Shown here: in pieces, positions 58,625 through 64,000 of the stretch
Numbering within the stretch: position 1 is the stretch's first letter
Layout: the number at the start of each line of letters is the position of its first letter
Source of the DNA: an uncultured bacterium
GTDB lineage: Bacteria > Omnitrophota > Omnitrophia > Omnitrophales > Aquincolibacteriaceae
Direction of reading: 5' to 3'
DNA: 64,000 bases
Assembly (NCBI GenBank): GCA_964373045.1
Contig: CAYJSI010000004.1
Coordinates: 194 to 64,193 of the forward strand
Notes under the pieces: model-generated
What the model was told of the DNA's origin: nothing
Database searches by the model: none
The model's input: only the letters and a program-made list of their open reading frames with translations
Position numbers and translations under genes: made by a program

Positions 58625-60283
58625 ATGCCCCTTTATTGGATTGCGCTTGTTGTCTGCCCTCTTTTTTTAGCGGCCTACTTCACTTACGGGCGATTTCTCA
58701 GCCGCCACTTTGACCTTAAGCGAAATCGCAAAACCCCTGCCCATGAAATAAACGACGGCGTTGATTTTGTCCCCACCGAAGCCGGCTTTCTCCTCGGCCA
58801 GCACTTCTCAGCCATTGCCGCCGCGGGCCCCATTGTGGGACCCATCCTCGCCGGGCTCTGGTTTGGATGGCTGCCCGTACTGCTTTGGATTGTAGGCGGG
58901 GCTATTTTTTTCGGAGCCGTTCACGACTTTTCAAGTCTCATCGGTTCCGTCCGCCACAAGGCGGCCTCGATCGTTGAAATCGTCAAAGATATTTTAGGGG
59001 CGAGAGGCCACCTTCTCTTTCTTATCTTTGTCTGGCTTTCGCTGATTTATGTGATCACGGCTTTCACGGATCTGACCAGCAGTTCCTTTGTCAATCCGGA
59101 GCTGGGGGGCGGGGTGGCCACCTCTTCCCTCCTTTATCTTTTAATCGGTCTTGCCATGGGCGTTGCCCTTTATCGCTTTAAAATGCCGCTTCTTCCCGCC
59201 ACGCTTTTTTTTCTGGTCCTTGTCGTAGCCGCGATTTGGCTCGGCCGCCTCATCCCCATCCGCATTCCGGAAAATCCATTCATCCGTCCGCAGCAAGCCT
59301 GGAATATCATTCTCCTTGGTTATTGTTTTGTCGCCTCCATCATCCCGGTGTGGCTACTCCTTCAGCCGCGCGGTTATCTGGGCGGATTTTTCCTTTACGT
59401 GACCCTTGCGGCAGGCATCGTCGGACTTTTCTTGGGTGCGGAGAAAATTCAATATCCGGCGTTTGTGGGTTTTACGAGCGCCAAAGGGGTTCCTCTTTTC
59501 CCCTTTCTTTTTGTCACCGTGGCCTGCGGGGCCTGTTCCGGGTTTCACGGCATCGTAAGCTCGGGCACGACCTCCAAGCAAATTTCCAAAGAAACGGATT
59601 GTCACTTAGTGGGGTACGGAGGGATGCTTTTGGAGGGGCTTGTGGCCTTGGTGGCGCTTTCAACTGTCATGATCCTTGCGCCCGGCGATGCGCTCACAAG
59701 CGCCTCTCCCGATCGAGTTTATGCGGAAGGCTTAAGCCGATTCGTGGAGCATTTCGGAATCCCGCGCGCGTTTGCCCGTTCGTTTACGCTTCTTGCTTTT
59801 ACAACGTTCATCTATGACACGCTCGATGTCTCAACCCGTCTTTGCCGCTATATTTTTCAGGAGCTTACGGGATGGAAGGACTCGCGCGGGAGGATCGTCG
59901 CGACTTTGATCAGTCTTGCCGTGCCCTTGTGTTGTGTGAGTATCCAAATGACGGATGCGAGCGGCCAGCTCGTGCCGGCCTGGCGCGTTTTCTGGACCAT
60001 CTTCGGGACCTCCAATCAATTGCTTGCGGCGCTCACCCTTATGATTTTGTCGCTTTGGCTTATGAGAAGCGGAAAATCCTGGTGGATGGGGGGTTTTCCT
60101 ATGGTTTTTATGATGATGATGACGCTTTGGTCGCTTACCCTCACGATTCAACCTGCTCTCTCGAAACTCTTTTCTACGGCTCCCCAATTCGATATCATAG
60201 GGTTTGTCGCGCTCTTGCTCTTTAGCCTGGCGGTTCTGTTGATTCTCGAAGCGCTCAAAGTAGTAAGAGTCGGCCGACTCTAG
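58625..60283 (+). CDS. cstA: carbon starvation protein CstA-family transporter
   Basis: N-terminal CstA motifs (GQHFSAIAAAGPIVGP, HDF). 552 aa, polytopic. Confidence 0.8.
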   Translation: MPLYWIALVVCPLFLAAYFTYGRFLSRHFDLKRNRKTPAHEINDGVDFVPTEAGFLLGQHFSAIAAAGPIVGPILAGLWFGWLPVLLWIVGGAIFFGAVHDFSSLIGSVRHKAASIVEIVKDILGARGHLLFLIFVWLSLIYVITAFTDLTSSSFVNPELGGGVATSSLLYLLIGLAMGVALYRFKMPLLPATLFFLVLVVAAIWLGRLIPIRIPENPFIRPQQAWNIILLGYCFVASIIPVWLLLQPRGYLGGFFLYVTLAAGIVGLFLGAEKIQYPAFVGFTSAKGVPLFPFLFVTVACGACSGFHGIVSSGTTSKQISKETDCHLVGYGGMLLEGLVALVALSTVMILAPGDALTSASPDRVYAEGLSRFVEHFGIPRAFARSFTLLAFTTFIYDTLDVSTRLCRYIFQELTGWKDSRGRIVATLISLAVPLCCVSIQMTDASGQLVPAWRVFWTIFGTSNQLLAALTLMILSLWLMRSGKSWWMGGFPMVFMMMMTLWSLTLTIQPALSKLFSTAPQFDIIGFVALLLFSLAVLLILEALKVVRVGRL

Positions 60284-60315
60284 GCATTCGTCATTCCCGC
60301 GCATAGGGCGCCAGG

Positions 60316-60396
60316 CACCTTCTGGGTTTTGAAAGCACGCGGGGATGACGTTGTAGGGTGCCAGGCTCCGACGGTGCCTGGCACCATCTGGGTTTC
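60316..60396. repeat. two GGTGCCWGGCACC-family palindromes with TCTGGGTTT tails
   Basis: GCGCCAGGCACCTTCTGGGTTTT ... GGGTGCCAGGCTCCGACGGTGCCTGGCACCATCTGGGTTTCGG. Confidence 0.75.
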
Positions 60397-60420
60397 GGAT
60401 TCCTGGGGCGCACCGTCAAT

Positions 60421-62958
60421 ATGGATTCCATGTCCGAGAAAAAAATCTACCTAGCCATCCACGGTCACTTCTATCAGCCGCCGCGCGAAAATCCCTGGCT
60501 CGAGGCCATTGAGCTTCAGGAGAGCGCAAGTCCTTTCCACGATTGGAATGAGCGCATCCACCATGAGTGCTATCTTCCGAACGCCGAAGCCCGTGTGCTC
60601 GATGAAAAAGGTTTGATCCTTGATATCGTGAACAATTTTGAGGATATCAGTTTTAACTTTGGGCCTACCCTGATGTCCTGGCTTCGGAGCCATCACCCTG
60701 AGACCTATCGGCGCATTCTGGAGGTCGATCGCATCAGCCAGGTCGAGCACGCGGGACACGGCAATGCCATGGCCCAGGTCTATCATCACATCATTATGCC
60801 GCTTGCAAGCCGACGCGATCAGGTCACGCAGGTGCGCTGGGGGATCGAGGATTTTCGTTTTCACTTCCGCCGGGATCCGGAATCCATTTGGCTGCCTGAA
60901 ACGGCTTGTCATCAGGAAACACTCGAAGTCTTGATGGAGGCGGGAATCCGCTTCGTCATTCTTGACGCCCATCAAGCGGAGGCGGTGCGTGTCATGGGGG
61001 CTGAGGATTGGCAGGATGTCTCTGTCGGCACCCTTGACCCGCGATTTCCCTACCGTGCCTTTTCTAAAAATGACCCTGAAAAATTCATCGACATTTTTTT
61101 CTATGACGGCCCCGTTGCCCGGGCTGTCGGTTTTGGAGATCTGGCTTTTGATGCCAAGCGCTTTGCGGAGCGTCTTCAAGGGTCGGTGCGTAAGGATCTC
61201 AATGCTCCCCAGTTGATTCATGTGGCCACCGATGGCGAAACCTACGGCCATCACAAGCCCTTTGGGGACCGTGTCCTGGCTTATTTAACACGCGTGGAAG
61301 CCCCCCGGCGGGGGTTTCGGCTTGTGAACTATGGGGAATTTCTTGATCTTTCGCCGCCCGAATTCGAGGTGCGCTTAAAGCCGGGCGAGGAAGGGGAAGG
61401 GACCTCCTGGAGTTGTGCGCACGGGGTTAGGCGCTGGAAGGATCACTGCGGTTGCCGGGGCGGCGGTCCCGCAGAGTGGAAACAACACTGGCGAGGGCCG
61501 CTTCGAGATTCCTTGGATTGGCTGAGAGATCAGCTCGCCACTATTTTTGAAACCGTGGGTTCAAGGTATTTGAGGGATGTATGGGAGGTGCGTGATCACT
61601 ATATTCAAGTCCTCCTCAACCCGACGGAGGATGCCCTCCAGCTCTTTTTTGATCGGGAGGCAAGGCATTCCTTAAATCGGGAAGAAAAAGTGGTGTGTCT
61701 TAAGCTCCTTGAGATGCAGCGTCACGCCATGATGATGTACACAAGCTGCGGGTGGTTTTTTACGGAAATCTCAGGCATTGAAACCGTTCAGATTCTGCAG
61801 TATGCGGCCCGCGCCCTTGAGCTGGCGGAAGAATTGACCGAAAGCGGCGGGGAGCTGGAGGAGGAATTCTTAAGTTATTTGTCTTCTGCCCCGAGCAATG
61901 TGCCGGAGTTTCGTGACGGACGGGGTGTTTACGAGCGTTTCGTTCGGCCGACTAAAGCCTCCCAGGCGCATCTTGTGAGCGCTTATGCGATCGAGTCTCT
62001 TTTTGAAGATTATTTTGGCAACAGAACCCAATTTGATTTTTATACGTCTCACCTGGAGGTCCTTGACCGCCGTAAGGAATCCTCGGGTAATAGCACGCTT
62101 CACTTTGGAAGGGTGAAGGCAGCTTCGATGAAGACCCTGGAGGAGCGGGATTTTGTTTTTGCGGTGGTTCAAATCGGGCTCTATGATTTCCGCTGTTCGC
62201 TTTGCCCCTTTGCCGAGATTCAGGAGATTGAGGCGGTGGAAAAAAAGCTCTTTCACGCGCTGCACAAGTTGCACCTTGTGGATTTGCTGAAACAAATCGA
62301 CGAGACCTTTGGCGAAAAATACTTTACGCTAAAAGATCTACCCATGCTCGAGCGGAGAAAATTGATCGCCTACCTCACCCGCGAAGTGATTGAAAAAATA
62401 GGATCTGTTTATGAAAACCTTTATGATGAAAATAAAAGGATGAACGAAATCTACCGATCGATTCAACTTCCCATCCCGGAGCAGGTCCGCTATGCCGTGG
62501 AGCATACCCTCCGTAAGCGATTAAAAATCGCCGTCGAACAGCTTGCCCTTGCGGGCTTTGATCCCCATAAGGTGACGCCCCTTTACCGCGTCCTGGAAGC
62601 GGCCCATTCTTTCGATGCGGAGCTCAAAACCAAGAATGAAGAAATCGCACGTTTGCTCAGCGAAGAACTGGCTGCACGCACAAAAAAACTTTTGGGGAAG
62701 CTCGAGCCGGAGGTTTTGGCAGAATGCCTTTATATTCCGAGGATTGCCCGAAAAATCGGAGTCGAGCTTGATCTCAGAAGCGCCCAAAATGATCTTTTTT
62801 TTCTTGCCAGACGCTGGTGCGAGCATCCCGAGACACTTCCTGAAGGAATCCATTCTTTAGCCGATACCCTTTTGCAGCTCATGCAGGAGCTTTATCTTCA
62901 TTCCGGAGAGTTTCAAAAACTTATGCATCATCCAAAACCAAGCGCCTTGTCTTTATGA
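60421..62958 (+). CDS. glycoside hydrolase family 57 enzyme (alpha-glucan branching/4-alpha-glucanotransferase-like) with long C-terminal extension
   Basis: HGHFYQPPREN and the catalytic DGETYGHH are GH57 signatures. 846 aa from the ATG at 60421. Confidence 0.8.
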   Translation: MDSMSEKKIYLAIHGHFYQPPRENPWLEAIELQESASPFHDWNERIHHECYLPNAEARVLDEKGLILDIVNNFEDISFNFGPTLMSWLRSHHPETYRRILEVDRISQVEHAGHGNAMAQVYHHIIMPLASRRDQVTQVRWGIEDFRFHFRRDPESIWLPETACHQETLEVLMEAGIRFVILDAHQAEAVRVMGAEDWQDVSVGTLDPRFPYRAFSKNDPEKFIDIFFYDGPVARAVGFGDLAFDAKRFAERLQGSVRKDLNAPQLIHVATDGETYGHHKPFGDRVLAYLTRVEAPRRGFRLVNYGEFLDLSPPEFEVRLKPGEEGEGTSWSCAHGVRRWKDHCGCRGGGPAEWKQHWRGPLRDSLDWLRDQLATIFETVGSRYLRDVWEVRDHYIQVLLNPTEDALQLFFDREARHSLNREEKVVCLKLLEMQRHAMMMYTSCGWFFTEISGIETVQILQYAARALELAEELTESGGELEEEFLSYLSSAPSNVPEFRDGRGVYERFVRPTKASQAHLVSAYAIESLFEDYFGNRTQFDFYTSHLEVLDRRKESSGNSTLHFGRVKAASMKTLEERDFVFAVVQIGLYDFRCSLCPFAEIQEIEAVEKKLFHALHKLHLVDLLKQIDETFGEKYFTLKDLPMLERRKLIAYLTREVIEKIGSVYENLYDENKRMNEIYRSIQLPIPEQVRYAVEHTLRKRLKIAVEQLALAGFDPHKVTPLYRVLEAAHSFDAELKTKNEEIARLLSEELAARTKKLLGKLEPEVLAECLYIPRIARKIGVELDLRSAQNDLFFLARRWCEHPETLPEGIHSLADTLLQLMQELYLHSGEFQKLMHHPKPSALSL

Positions 62959-64000
62959 GCCTGCGAAGGGGTGTCAAAAAGCGATGCGTTTCGTTGACCG
63001 CTCACAGCGCGCGAAAGATCCTTAAATTCTTGGAGCGTCGGAAGAGTTCTCTCTCGCCTCTCCTGATTCTGACGCACGACTATCCCGACCCGGATGCCCT
63101 GGCGAGCGCCGTTTGTCTCCACTATATCGCAGAAAAAAAATTTAGGATCGAATCCCGGGTTGTGTTTGGGGGCATCATCGGCCGCATGGAAAATCGCGCC
63201 ATGGTGAACATCCTTAAGCTGCCTGTTCACAAAATCAAGGCCGCTGATTTCAAAAAATATCCTCACGTGGCCTTGATGGACACGCAGCCTGATTTTGAAA
63301 ACAATTCCTTTCCCAAGGATCGTGAGGCCACGATCGTGATCGACCAGCATCCTTCGGTCACCAAGCCCTCGGCGGACCTTGTCATTGTAGATACGGAATG
63401 CGCGGCCACAAGCGTGATTTTGGCGGAGGCCCTTTTGATGCTCAAGATCGAAATCCCCGAGATGATCGCAACGGCCCTGGCCTATGGCATCTTATCTGAC
63501 ACCTTGAATCTCTACCGCTCCGGGCGGCCCGATGTGGTTCAAACCTACCTGGATCTACTTCCTTTCTGCAATTTAAAGGCCTTGGCGCGGATTCAAAACC
63601 CGCCCCGCTCGCGCAAGTTTTTTGCCACCCTCGCTCACGGTATCCGCTTAGCCCTGGTGGGGAGGGGACTTATTTATTCCCATCTGGGTTTCGTGGAAAG
63701 CCCCGACCTGGTCGCTCAAATTGCGGATTTTCTCCTCACCTATAAAAACATCCGCTGGTCGCTTTGCACGGGCCGTTTCAATGGAAAGCTACACGTCTCT
63801 TTTCGCACCGCTGCCACCCAGGCGCAGGCGGCTGAAATTTTGCGCGATGCCTTTTGGGTTCGGGAAGAGGCCGGAGGCCATGACACGATTGCCGGAGGAA
63901 GTTTTAAAGTGGGAAAAAATGTTGCGGAAAGACATTGGCAAGAAGCAGAAGAATCCTTTGTCCAAAGGCTTCGCAAACGGCTCCGCATTCCGCGCAGAAG
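62955..64000 (+). CDS. DHH/DHHA1-family phosphoesterase (NrnA-like), 3' end truncated by window
   Basis: ILTHDYPDPDALAS and IVIDQHP are DHH motifs. Found by manual translation; it is absent from the ORF track because there is no stop before the window end. ATGA overlaps the GH57 stop. Confidence 0.7.
   Translation, partial: MSLRRGVKKRCVSLTAHSARKILKFLERRKSSLSPLLILTHDYPDPDALASAVCLHYIAEKKFRIESRVVFGGIIGRMENRAMVNILKLPVHKIKAADFKKYPHVALMDTQPDFENNSFPKDREATIVIDQHPSVTKPSADLVIVDTECAATSVILAEALLMLKIEIPEMIATALAYGILSDTLNLYRSGRPDVVQTYLDLLPFCNLKALARIQNPPRSRKFFATLAHGIRLALVGRGLIYSHLGFVESPDLVAQIADFLLTYKNIRWSLCTGRFNGKLHVSFRTAATQAQAAEILRDAFWVREEAGGHDTIAGGSFKVGKNVAERHWQEAEESFVQRLRKRLRIPRR

Overview
This is a 64 kb chromosomal segment from a moderately GC-rich bacterium. 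Its gene content is mostly housekeeping and it reads as a deep-branching or uncultivated Gram-negative lineage, judging by fused SecDF, archaeal-type iPGM (ApgM), long-form IspH, a proton-pumping pyrophosphatase (HppA), a GH57 glycosidase and an ORF6N-domain gene. Gene density is high and almost every gene is on the + strand. The conserved order queA-tgt-yajC-secDF-recJ is present.

Recognisable genes include PolX (5' partial), nth, queG, trxA, a radical SAM protein, a LacD-like aldolase, an aldo/keto reductase, apgM, a PilZ protein, a MoeZ-like ThiF-rhodanese, a class V aminotransferase, elbB, era, a RelE/AbrB toxin-antitoxin pair, htpX, a ferredoxin, an FAD-linked oxidase, a P-loop kinase-dCMP deaminase fusion, ispH, grx, an MFS transporter, a four-gene type IV minor-pilin cluster, a FolM-like reductase plus queD, addAB, a CheY-like receiver, gph, trmI, a SpoIID-like protein, tRNA-Arg(CCG), rpmB, a CBM48 protein plus glgA, thiG, leuB, asd, mscS, terC, hppA, cstA, a GH57 enzyme and a 3'-partial DHH phosphoesterase.

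I found no rRNA, no CRISPR array and no transposase or integrase.

The most unusual content is repetitive rather than genic. There are two families of GC-rich palindromic repeats. The first is a structured GTAGGGGC...GCCCCTAC element, about 30-80 nt long, with covarying inner stems. About ten copies lie in the window. It is not confined to intergenic spacers: it appears to sit in-frame inside queA (twice) and queG (twice), and it supplies the C-terminal tail of ispH. That behaviour is reminiscent of Rickettsia palindromic elements. The second is a tandem GGTGCCWGGCACC palindrome found at gene 3' ends at five loci.

Other points worth a second look:
- A tandem pair of PilX-like minor-pilin genes with identical ends and divergent cores.
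- A P-loop kinase-dCMP deaminase fusion resembling the dCTP-deaminase anti-phage architecture.
- A small degenerate islet holding an ORF6N-domain gene and an HsdM remnant, bracketed by 33-bp direct repeats and containing a perfect 27-bp palindrome.
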